Source: Enoplolaimus lenunculus (lineage: Eukaryota). From it: DNA of 64,000 bases. The notes beneath the pieces are model-generated. The model did not search any database. It had not been told where the DNA came from and was given only the letters and a program-made list of their open reading frames with translations. The DNA lies in assembly GCA_030248215.1 (NCBI GenBank), contig JASANG010001409.1, positions 248,001-312,000 on the forward strand. Reading direction: 5' to 3'. Positions 51,019-61,817 of this stretch are shown here, in pieces. The translations under genes and the position numbers were made by a program. Position 1 is the first letter of the stretch. Each line of letters opens with the position of its first letter.

Positions 51019-54000
51019 CCTAAGCGTAAGAATGAGCTTACACTTAAGCATAAGCCTAAGCGTAAGAATGAGCTTACACTTAAGCATAAGCCTAAGCGTA
51101 AGAATGAGCTTACACTTAAGCATAAGCCTAAGCGTAAGAATGAGCTTACACTTAAGCATAAGCCTAAGCGTAAGAATGAGCTTACACTTAAGCATAAGCC
51201 TAAGCGTAAGAATGAGCTTACACTTAAGCATAAGCCTAAGCGTAAGAATGAGCTTACACTTAAGCATAAGCCTAAGCGTAAGAATGAGCTTACACTTAAG
51301 CATAAGCCTAAGCGTAAGAATGAGCTTACACTTAAGCATAAGCCTAAGCGTAAGAATGAGCTTACACTTAAGCATAAGCCTAAGCGTAAGAATGAGCTTA
51401 CACTTAAGCATAAGCCTAAGCGTAAGAATGAGCTTACACTTAAGCATAAGCCTAAGCGTAAGAATGAGCTTACACTTAAGCCTAAGTCTGAGCGTAAGAA
51501 TGAGCTTACACTTAAGCATAAGTCTAAACGTAAGAATGAGCTTCACTTAAGCCTAACTCTGAGCGTAAGAATGAGCTTACACTTAAGCATAAGCCTAAGC
51601 GTAAAAATGAGCTTACACTTAAGCCTAAGTCTGAGCGTAAGAATGAGCTTACACTTAAGCATAAGCCTAAGCGTAAGAATGAGCTTACACTTAAGCCTAA
51701 GTCTAAGCGTAAGAATGAGCTTACACTTAAGCATAAGCCTAAGCGTAAGAATGAGCTTACACTTAAGCATAAGCCTAAGCGTAAGAATGAGCTTACACTT
51801 AAGCCTAAGTCTGAGCGTAAGAATGAGCTTACACTTAAGCATAAGTCTAAACGTAAGAATGAGCTTACACTTAAGCCTAAGTCTGAGCGTAAGAATGAGC
51901 TTACACTTAAGCATAAGCCTAAGCGTAAAAATGAGCTTACACTTAAGCCTAAGTCTGAGCGTAAGAATGAGCTTACACTTAAGCATAAGCCTAAGCGTAA
52001 AAATGAGCTTACACTTAAGCCTAAGTCTGAGCGTAAGAATAGCTTACACTTAAGCATAAGCCTAAGCGTAAAAATGAGCTTACACTTAAGCCTAAGTCTG
52101 AGCGTAAGAATGAGCTTACACTTAAGCATAAGCCTAAGCGTAAGAATGAGCTTACACTTAAGCCTAAGTCTGAGCGTAAGAATGAGCTTACACTTAAGCA
52201 TAAGCCTAAGCGTAAGAATGAGCTTACACTTAAGCCTAAGTCTGAGCGTAAGAGTGAGCTTACACTTAAGCATAAGCCTAAGCGTAAAAATGAGCTTACA
52301 CTTAAGCCTAAGTCTGAGCGAAGAATAGCTTACACTTAAGCATAAGCCTAAGCGAAGAATGAGCTTACACTTAAGCCTAAGTCTGATCGAAAATGAGCTT
52401 ACACTTAGCATAAGCCTAAGCGAAGAATGAGCTTACACTTAAGCCTAAGTCTGAGCGTAAAATAGCTTACACTTAAGCATAAGTCTAATCGTAAGAATGA
52501 GCTTACACTTAAGCCTAAGTCTGAGCGTAAGAATGAGCTTACACTTAAGCATAAGCCTAAGCGTAAAAATGAGCTTACACTTAAGCCTAAGTCTGAGCGT
52601 AAGAATGAGCTTACACTTAAGCATAAGCCTAAGCGTAAAAATGAGCTTACACTTAAGCCTAAGTCTGAGCGTAAGAATGAGCTTACACTTAAGCATAAGC
52701 CTAAGCGTAAGAATGAGCTTACACTTAAGCCTAAGTCTGAGCGTAAGAATGAGCTTACACTTAAGCATAAGCCTAAGCGTAAATGAGTTACACTTAAGCC
52801 TAAGTCTGAGCGTAAGATAGCTTACACTTAAGCATAAGCCTAAGCGTAAATGAGCTTACATTAGCCTAAGTCTGAGCGTAAGAATGAGCTTACACTTAAG
52901 CATAAGCCTAAGCGTAAGAATGAGCTTACACTTAAGCCTAAGTCTGAGCGTAAGAATGAGCTTACACTTAAGCATAAGCCTAAGCGTAAAAATGAGCTTA
53001 CACTTAAGCCTAAGTCTGAGCGTAAGAATGAGCTTACACTTAAGCATAAGCCTAAGCGTAAAAATGAGCTTACACTTAAGCCTAAGTCTGAGCGTAAGAA
53101 TGAGCTTACACTTAAGCATAAGCCTAAGCGTAAGAATGAGCTTACACTTAAGCATAAGCCTAAGCGTAAGAATGAGCTTACACTTAAGCCTAAGTCTGAG
53201 CGTAAGAATGAGCTTACACTTAAGCATAAGTCTAAACGTAAGAATGAGCTTACACTTAAGCCTAAGTCTGAGCGTAAGAATGAGCTTACACTTAAGCATA
53301 AGCCTAAGCGTAAAAATGAGCTTACACTTAAGCCTAAGTCTGAGCGTAAGAATGAGCTTACACTTAAGCATAAGCCTAAGCGTAAAAATGAGCTTACACT
53401 TAAGCCTAAGTCTGAGCGTAAGAATAGCTTACACTTAAGCATAAGCCTAAACGTAAAGAATGAGCTTACACTTAAGCCTAAGTCTGAGCGTAAGAATGAG
53501 CTTACACTTAAGCATAAGCCTAAGCGTAAAAATGAGCTTACACTTAAGCCTAAGTCTGAGCGTAAGAATGAGCTTACACTTAAGCATAAGCCTAAGCGTA
53601 AGAATGAGCTCACACTTACGCCTAAGCCTAAGCGTAAGAATGAGCTTATACCTACCTAAGCCTAAGGCTAAGCGTAAGAATGAGCTTACACTTACGCCTA
53701 AGTCTAAGCGTAAGAATGAGCTTACACTTAAGCATAAGCCTAAGCGTAAGAATGAGCTTACACTTAAGCATAAGCCTAAGCGTAAGAATGAGCTTACACT
53801 TAAGCATAAGCCTAAGCGTAATAATAGCTTAACACTTAAGCCTAAGTCTGAGCGTAAGAATAGAGCTTACACTTAAGCATAAGCCTAAGCGTAAGAATGA
53901 GCTTACACTTAAGCATAAGCCTAAGCGTAAGAATGAGCTTACACTTAAGCCTAAGTCTGAGCGTAAGAATGAGCTTACACTTAAGCATAAGCCTAAGCGT

Positions 54001-54260
54001 AAGAATGAGCTTACACTTAAGCATAAGCCTAAGCGTAAGAATGAGCTTACACTTAAGCCTAAGTCTGAGCGTAAGAATGAGCTTACACTTAAGCATAAGC
54101 AAACGATAGTTACACTTAAGCCTAAGTCTAGCGTAAGAATTAGCTTACACTTAAGCATAAGCCTAAGCGTAAAAATAGCTTACACTTAAGCCTAAGTCTG
54201 AGCAATCAGCTTAACATTAAGCATAAGCTAAGCTATACACTTACGCCTAAGCAAGCGTAA
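51019..54260. repeat. 36-bp satellite (about 90 units) inside a subfamily A MITE
   Basis: Unit AAGCGTAAGAATGAGCTTACACTTAAGCATAAGCCT, variant ..CCTAAGTCTGAGCG. Preceded by the MITE inner-left motif (ACAGTAGTATAAGCATATTC) and followed by the right TIR (AACGTTCCGCCGCTGATCTTTACATGG, ~54291-54318). Confidence 0.95.
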
Positions 54261-55100
54261 GAATAGCTTATACCTACCAAGCAGGCAGCAAACGTTCCGC
54301 CGCTGATCTTTACATGGACATAATTATACAGAAAATACCGTTAATGTATTAAACATAATGTATATACACTCTGAAGATAAGAAACCGAATTACAAAACCA
54401 ACAAAACACAAAAATATAAATACTGCAAATCATAAAATTCTATCGGTTCATGTTACTTTTAAGACCGTTCCATTTGCCACAGGTTAGCACTAGAGAAAAG
54501 TTATGCGAATTTTTGACTAATTTGGACGCGTAAACCTTGTTTTGGGCTTGAAAATATACTTAGGCTAACGTTACAACCTTAAAAGTAACATTGACCAGCA
54601 AAGATTAAGTAAAAAACGTTAATATATTTACCTCGTAAGTTTTGAGGTCAAATTGAAATAGCTGGCGAACTAAATGAAAGTTAGGATTTCATAGAATTTA
54701 ATTTCATGAGATAAAGTTTCAACTTTGTCAGTAAATTCACAACTTATAAATTTAGTTTACTTCGGAGTATGCGGCCAATGTAAAGAACAGGGGAGGAACA
54801 AGCATATTCATAAGCCTAAGCCCAAGCCTAAGCCTAAGCCTAAGCGTAAGAATGAGTGTCTTCCTAAGCCTAAGCCTAAGCCTAAGCCTAACCGTAAGAA
54901 TGAGTTTATTCCTAAGCCTAAGCCTAAGCCTAAGCCTAAGCCTAAGCCTAAGCGTACGAATCAGTTTATTTCTAAACCTAAGCCTAGGCCTAAGCCAAGC
55001 AAAAAAATTAATCTAAAGCTTATGCTTACACTATTGCACAAGGAATTAAGCTTAAAGTATTTAATAAGTCTTTCGTTCAAACTGTCCCACCATGAAACTT

Positions 55101-55170
55101 ATGCCTTTTGGCAACGTGCTGTCATGCAAAGTGTTTATTGACAAGAATACAAATTTGTCCAAGTGTTTTG
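55101..55170 (+). pseudogene. Orphan exon fragment of a CELF/Bruno/ETR-1 RNA-binding protein (RRM3)
   Basis: Encodes [24 protein letters not shown], close to CELF RRM3 ([24 protein letters not shown]), followed by a GT donor. Neither the upstream NLFIYHLPQEF segment nor the downstream FVSYDN exon was found in the window. Confidence 0.75.
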
Positions 55171-56056
55171 GTACGCATAAAAAAGTATACTACGTACTTG
55201 GATCTTATTTCAAGGCTTGGGGCTCAGACCTCCCCGGAAAAATTCTCCTAGAAAAATTTCAACCTTGCTTGTAAGCCAACAAAAACCTTGTATGTCCCTT
55301 CTGAAAAAATTTTAGCCCCTCTAAAAAGGTGCTTTAGTCACGAGCCGGGTTTTTATCGTACACAATTATACAAGACATTTCATGAAAAGCTAATTAATAA
55401 ACAACGTTAAGAGAAATAAGAATAGCAATTTTTGTAAACTAAAAACATTACAGTTGGAACAATAGGAAAATATGTGAAATTCAATAGATTACGCAGTGTT
55501 TTGCAATAACTTGCATGCTCCAGGTACTTTGTGCATACGCCAAACCTATTATTTCCTTTATCTGCATTGTTTAAGGCCAATTTTGCCAACACTACAGTAT
55601 AAGCCCCTGTTCAGTGTTATTTCTGATCTGTACATCGCTGTTAATACTGTACAGATCACATGGGCGTAGCCAGAATTTTTGTATGGCTGGGAAGGCACCC
55701 AAATACTTTAAATATATAGTGTGTTAATCAATTTTCATCAATTAACATGCGCTGCTGGGTGCAAAACGGAACTGGATTATACCAGAATCGGAATCAAAGC
55801 TACAAATTTTGTGACAATACGAATAATTTGTATCAACAAATATATTAATTTAGGGTATCTGGTAGCTGGCAACAATTTTCAAAAACGTCGCATCAGCATA
55901 TTGGCATTGTTTTTGGTTTTGTAAAGCTAAATTACAACAGATCATCCTTGACGTATCGTACGACGAAAAAGGTATCTGGTGCAGGCAAGTAATTATAGTT
56001 TCAGCGTTAAGTACACAGACTACACAAAAATATAGATATATACCTTAAAATATTTT

Positions 56057-56416
56057 GGCCAATGTTACTTTACGGGGCGTAACAGTAGATTAAGCGTATT
56101 TCTAAGCCTAAGCCTAAGCGTTGCAAAAATGTGTTCTTAAGCCTAAGCCTAAGCGTTGCAAAAATGTGTTCCTAAGCCTAAGCCTAAGCGTTGTAAAAAT
56201 GTGTTCCTAAGCCTAAGCCTAAGCGTTGCAAAAATGTGTTCCTAAGCCTAAGCCTAAGCGTTGTAAAAATGTGTTCCTAAGCCGAAGCCTAAGCGTTGCA
56301 AAAATGTGTTCCTAAGCCTAAACCTAAGCCTAAGCAAATTAATTTAATCTAGAATCTAAATCTACTCTTTTACAGACCAACCAGAAACCTGGACGCCCCT
56401 TAAAGTAACATGGGCC
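56057..56416 (+). mobile_element. Telomere-repeat MITE, subfamily B (Merlin-like)
   Basis: TIRs GGCCAATGTTACTTTACGGGGCGT / ACGCCCCTTAAAGTAACATGGGCC; perfect 8-bp TSD AATATTTT; internal GCCTAA arrays. Other B copies at about 17534-17715, 21071-21490, 29029-29478, 29688-29810, 38945-39127, 40654-40850, 40958-41147, 45380-45615, 47946-48154, 50391-50592, 54446-54597. Confidence 0.9.
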
Positions 56417-56709
56417 AATATTTTTCAAATTTTGATTAATATCCCACAAATTTACGCTAATATATACCCTCAAAATCTGTGTCCGCCTGCCGACATTTAT
56501 TCAACGTTTTGTTCAACTTGAAAACGAAAAAATTCGACGTTTAAATGAATATTTTCATTGCAGTTGAAATTAACGCTTAGGCTTTAGTTTAAACTTTAGG
56601 CTGAAGTCATAGGTAAGTAAAGCGTATAAGCACAAAATGTTGAAAAAAGTGTAAAAGTAATAAATTGTTCGAGCAGTCGCCGAATTACTTATAATAATTC
56701 AAATTTTTT

Positions 56710-57513
56710 AACACTTTACTCACTGGAGTTGTAGCTAAAATTTCATTTCGACGAAAGTTAAAATTTTTTTTAACTCAAATTTTAGGAAATTTGAACAAAA
56801 CAATAATTTTTCAACACTTTACTCATTTGAGTTGTAGCTAAAATTTCATTTCGACGAAAGTTAAAAATTTATTTAGTCAAATTTTACGAAATTTGAACAA
56901 AACAATAATTTTTCAACACTTTACTCACTGGAGTTGTAGCTAACATTTCATTGCGACCAAAGTTAAAATTTTTTTACTCAAATTTTAGGAAATTTGTACA
57001 AAACAATAATTTTTGAACACTTTACTCACTGGAGTTGTACCTAAAATTTCATTTCGACGACAGTTAAAAAATTTTCATTGAAATTTGAGGAAATTTGAAT
57101 AAAACAATAATTTTTCATCACTTTACTCACTGGAGTTGTAGCTAAAATTTCATTTCGACGAAAGTTAAAAATTTTTTTAACTCAAATTTTACGAAATTTG
57201 AACAAAATAATAATTTTTCAACACTTTAATCATTTGAGTTGTAGCTAACATTTCATTTCGACCAAAGTTAAAATTTTTTTACTTAAATTTTAGGAAATTT
57301 GAACAAAACAATAATTTTTCAACACTTTACACACTGGAGTTGTAGCTAACATTTCATTTCGACCAAAGTTAAAAAAATTTTCATTCAAATTTTAGGAAAT
57401 TTGAATAAAACAATAATTTTTCAACACTTTACTCACTGGAGTTGTAGCTAACATTTCATTTCGACCAAAGTTAAAATTTTTTTACTCAAATTTTAGGTTG
57501 AATAAAACAATAA
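56710..57513. repeat. ~102-bp tandem repeat, about 8 copies
   Basis: AACACTTTACTCACTGGAGTTGTAGCTAA..GAACAAAACAATAATTTTTC recurs at 56710, 56813, 56915 and onward. Confidence 0.9.
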
Positions 57514-57787
57514 TATGAGTCCAATTTGAAAACTTTTCTCAATTTTTCTAAAAATATTATCATCATACTTAAGTGTCCACTAAGCATCGCATATAAAAGT
57601 TATATAAGAGTTTAAATTCTGTTCAAACTAAATACAGTTAATCAAATCGGTTTCAAAATATATGGGCCCGCTCTGAAATTTTTTCACGACATCGTCTCGT
57701 CTACCAGCATTTCGCTCCGAAGACAGACTTGGGCAAAATTATAGAACAACTTAAATTTTGAGCTTCACTTAATCGTCTCTCGAGTCA

Positions 57788-60700
57788 TCAACTCGGAGCA
57801 ACCGTGCCTAACGACGACCTGCATCGAACTCGACGCTCCTGTTGATAACCAGCTTTCATATGCTCGCTCATAAACGATAATACAGCGACCCATGCCTGAA
57901 ACAAATTTGAACAAAAACTTTTCAATCAGTTTTCACACACATATTCTGTACAAGAAAGAACCTATAAACATTAAGCTGAAATGTTTTTTTGCTATTACAA
58001 ATAAATAGTAACTCAATAGGGTCATTTTATGTTTTATCGCTAAAACATCAAAGTCGTCGTAATGGTTTCAATTTAAGTGTGTCTTTTCTCAGATGATTTC
58101 AAGAGATTAAAACGTGCAGTGTATAAAAAACCAAGACGAAATTTTTTGTGAAAATGTAATGGACATGACAAAGAAAGGGTACAACCTGTGCGAACCATGA
58201 CACTTTATGTATTCGGCAACAAAAATTGCTTCGCTTACAGTTTAATTTAGGATTATTGTATGTGACACCGACCCCCTCTAAACAAGGGGGGTCGGCCAAA
58301 AACGCAACGCCCGATGGTAGAGTTTGTACCATGCGGATTCTAAAGAGTTGCGCACTCTTTCAGTGTTCATGAGTACCTCAAAAAGTCACCTGGTGGACAA
58401 AGTCGATTAATTTCCGTTAATATACGCCGCTCACCTTTCTGGATTCTTCAGTCCGTTTACTCTTATCACCCCATTCAAGCGAGCAGTCGAGCAACGCTTC
58501 ACCGAAAATTGAGAAAAAGTCAACTTTAAATTCTTGCCCCGCGTGAACTGCGCCAATTCTAAAATTATTAAAATTACAAAAAATCAACACTTTTCAAGTT
58601 TGCGAACATTTTTTTCAACCAATCATCGCTGATGTATTAGTGATTAGCTTCGATTTTGGTTGAGTTGTATACATGAACGATAATTTTGATTTTTCAATTT
58701 AATTCTTAGCTTATTTGTCAGGTGTCGACCAGGAAAATAGGTGCAATATAGGCGTGGTTGTGAGAATACGGATTACTAAACGTAGGCGACACAGATTTAT
58801 GTCTATTTGCCGGTTTGCGTCAAATTTCAAAAGTATGCAATTTTAAACTGAAAATATAAGGATGTTTTCTGTTATCCCTGTAAAATCCGGTGTATATCGA
58901 AAATATAGATCATTTCGCCTACGCTGTAGTTACGTTTCTGTTGTGATCTTTTTTTGCAACGAAGATTATTCGTCGAAGGGGCAAATGTAAAGAACAGGAG
59001 CGGAACAGTATTATAAGCATATTCCGAAGCCTAAGCTTAAAGACAAGCAAAAATAGTCTAAAGCTTAAGTTTACTGTATTTGGAGTTCCACAGAAAAACG
59101 TTCTGCCCCTGATCTTTACAGGGGCCGTCGAAGGAGTGGGCGATGCCTTAAAATTTATAGTTTCAGAGCGAAACGATAAATATTTGTTAGATTTCCTCGC
59201 CTTTGGACTGAGATCGCAGGCAGAGAGGTTCCAGGAATGGTCCAAGCCATCTTAAAGAAATTTTGCCTTTTCTACAAATGTTTTCACCTCTCTCGTTAAG
59301 TCATGAATAAGCTACGCTTACTGTTGCTCATTGTGATTGCCACATAGAAGGCTGAGCTATTGAGCTATATACGGGCTGGTTCTGTAGTAAACCGAATAAG
59401 AGGGGTGTCTGATATTTATCTGGCCTCTTCTGAGGGCACCCCCCTTGTTATTCGGTTGCGGACTGTTATTTATTTTTATCCCACGCTCAGCCACCCTTCG
59501 TTACTGATATATATGCGGTTCCGCAGCTATCGGTTGAATTAAACGTTTATTTGTCTTGCGTCAATAGCTTGAGCGATCATGTAAGGTTATACTTAGGAAT
59601 GTTACTTTCAAAATTTAAGACGCTTTAAAGATTCGAACACAATTTTATTTGGTCCTGGAGTTATTTATGCACTACAGTTAGGAATAACTGATCATCATCT
59701 ACCCTAATTAGGATTTAGGGACTCTATCCGCTCACGCACTCTTATTAGGGATACGGACTCCTATTGATTGGGACTCAAAATAGGGACCCTCCTCTTGTTA
59801 CCCCACACCCTCGTATTTGGGTCACTACAGTATCACCCTCGACCCACGAACCAGCTCTGACTAGACGTACTTTCTCATATCAGCCTCGCATTGTTGCTTT
59901 GGCTGCGATTCGCGTATAACATAATCGATTGCAAGTGCAACTTGTTTTGCGTGCATTTTAGCAAACGCATCTGCATTCGGGTACAACGCCGGATCGAACC
60001 GAGCGGTTCGAAGCGCAGTTTGAACCGGTGGAGATTTGACGAAAATTCGTTGAAATATCGCTTGCCCCAAAAGTTGTGGACCTTTCGTTGCCATTAGCTG
60101 TGACCAAACACTCCGAATAATTGCTATACCACACGAGCTTGCTCCGGTTACAGACACGGTGGGAGGAATGGCGGATACAGTATTGACAGATCCGGGACTG
60201 GGGGAAGCAGTTCCGCTGGTTCGTCCGCCAGCTGATGTGCCTTTGAAACTGGAGCCACTTAGTTTTGCCGTCGGCCCGTTTGAAGTCGATGTCTTTGATG
60301 TTTTCGGTGTATCTTTTGATCGCGGACTGGATTTTGATTGCTTACTAGTAGCAATGCCAGGGGCGGAACTAGGGCCGTCTTCAATCATCATGTTGGTGTC
60401 ACGGTTAGGGCTTAAAATTTGTGGACTCGGCGATCGGCTGATACCACTGTCGGAGCCTGAAAAGTTTAAAATATTTACCCAAAATTAAAAATTGGTAAAA
60501 CGAACAGACGGCAAACATTAAAATCTATTTTGAACCTCGACAACAGTTCAACACTTACAACTAACTAAAGCGTTTAATATTACTTTGAATAATCAAAACA
60601 AGCCAGCAGCCAGCTCACTTTGCTAGGGGGGCTAGAATGTTTTAGCAGGGGCATATATTGTTTCACAGTGACTTGCAAGATAGGTTATTAAAATATGTCC

Positions 60701-61817
60701 ATTGGGAAGCAGAGTCCCTTGGCTCCTGGGACTAAAGGCTCGGTTCAAAATGATGAAAATTCCATTCCATACTTATTTTTACATTACCGAGCGGCGCCAT
60801 AATATCCCAAGTCCACACATGTGCCACATTTGTTGGCCTTGAGCGAAATCACTCACACTTTTCTTCGACCTTTACCTGACGAATAATCAACCGAAGCTAA
60901 GCTTTCAGATCCGCTTCGTACTGCCGGTACTGCAAGTCGGTTGACCGCAGCAGATACTGTAAGCGCTTCTGAGTGTCTTCTTGCGCCAAAATCAAGTCCA
61001 ACCTGTTCGCTGCTTGGTGAACAACTTCGTCGTCCGATGCTCGTCAGTCCTTCGCTTTGTTGTCGGGGAAATTGGCGACGGCTGGAAAAAAGTTACAGGA
61101 GTAAACAGACAGAGAAGTATTAAACACACTGACGGTCCCATAATTTTTTATGTTACAGGAGTAAAAATAGACAGAGAAGTATTAAACACACTGACCTTCC
61201 CATAATTTTTTATGTTTTACAGGAGTAAAAAGAGACAGAGAAGTATTAAACACACTGACGGTCCCATAATTTTTTATGTTTTACAGGAGTAAAAAGAGAC
61301 AGAGAAGTATTAAACACACTGACGGTCCCATAATTTTTTATGTTACAGGAGTAAAAAGAGACAGAGAAGTATTAAACACACTGACGGTCCGATTTTTTTA
61401 TGTTTTACAGGAGTAAAAGAGACAGAGAAGCATTAAACACACTGACGGTCCGATTTTTTTATGTTTTACAGGAGTAAAAAGAGACAGAGAAGTATTAAAC
61501 ACACTGACGGTCCCATAATTTTTTATGTTACAGGAGTCAAGGACTTTTCCCTAATAGAAATTAATGCAAATATAGGAAATACATCCTCAGGCTCATCTCG
61601 TTGCTTACCTGCGTGCTGTCCCAGGACTCGTTCGTCGTGACGGTGGTACTTGAGCGATCGTTGCTGATATTAGCGTTGGCGATGGAGGTGGAATTGAAAA
61701 CAACAAATCAATTTGATCTTCAGATTCGAAACTTATCGTTGGAATAATTGATGCACGCGGGGCAGAATGTCGAGCGGACGAACTCGATTCTGACACTAGT
61801 GATTTAGAGTATTGTTT
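57788..61817 (-). CDS. Nematode-type globin with long Ser/Pro-rich N-terminal extension (5' exons not identified)
   Basis: Exons 61817-61609, 61081-60876, 60456-59871, 58558-58435, 57895-57788 (TGA), phases consistent. Globin fold motifs: IIRSVWSQL (A), GQAIFQRIFVKSP (B/C), FAKMHAKQV (E7 His), MRKIGAVHA (F8 His), FFSIFGEALL (G), AWVAVLSFMSEHMKAGY (H). Confidence 0.85.
58980..59126 (+). mobile_element. Telomere-repeat MITE, subfamily A (Merlin-like)
   Basis: Family TIRs GGCCAATGTAAAGAACAGGGGCGGAAC / GTTCCGCCCCTGATCTTTACATGGGCC; this copy has a perfect TSD GTCGAAGG. Other A copies at about 1614-1812, 13789-13967, 15115-15288, 16012-16385, 18000-18388, 23411-23619, 24386-24700, 26751-27066, 28120-28303, 30412-30450, 48397-48510, 49536-49896, 49627-49835, 50980-54318, 54773-55040, 63259-63446, 63892-64000. 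Confidence 0.9.
61093..61538. repeat. ~60-62-bp intronic minisatellite, about 7 copies
   Basis: TTACAGGAGTAAAAAGAGACAGAGAAGTATTAAACACACTGACGGTCCCATAATTTTTTATG repeated. Confidence 0.9.

Noticed and set aside
50986..54158. Long ORFs such as MSLHLSISLSVR.. and MLKCKLILTLRL..
   Set aside because: They are translations of the 36-bp satellite, which lacks stops in several frames.
61093..61538. CRISPR-like regular repeats (also 39826-40035, 56710-57513)
   Set aside because: Head-to-tail repeats with no unique spacers, in a eukaryotic spliced-gene context with no cas genes.
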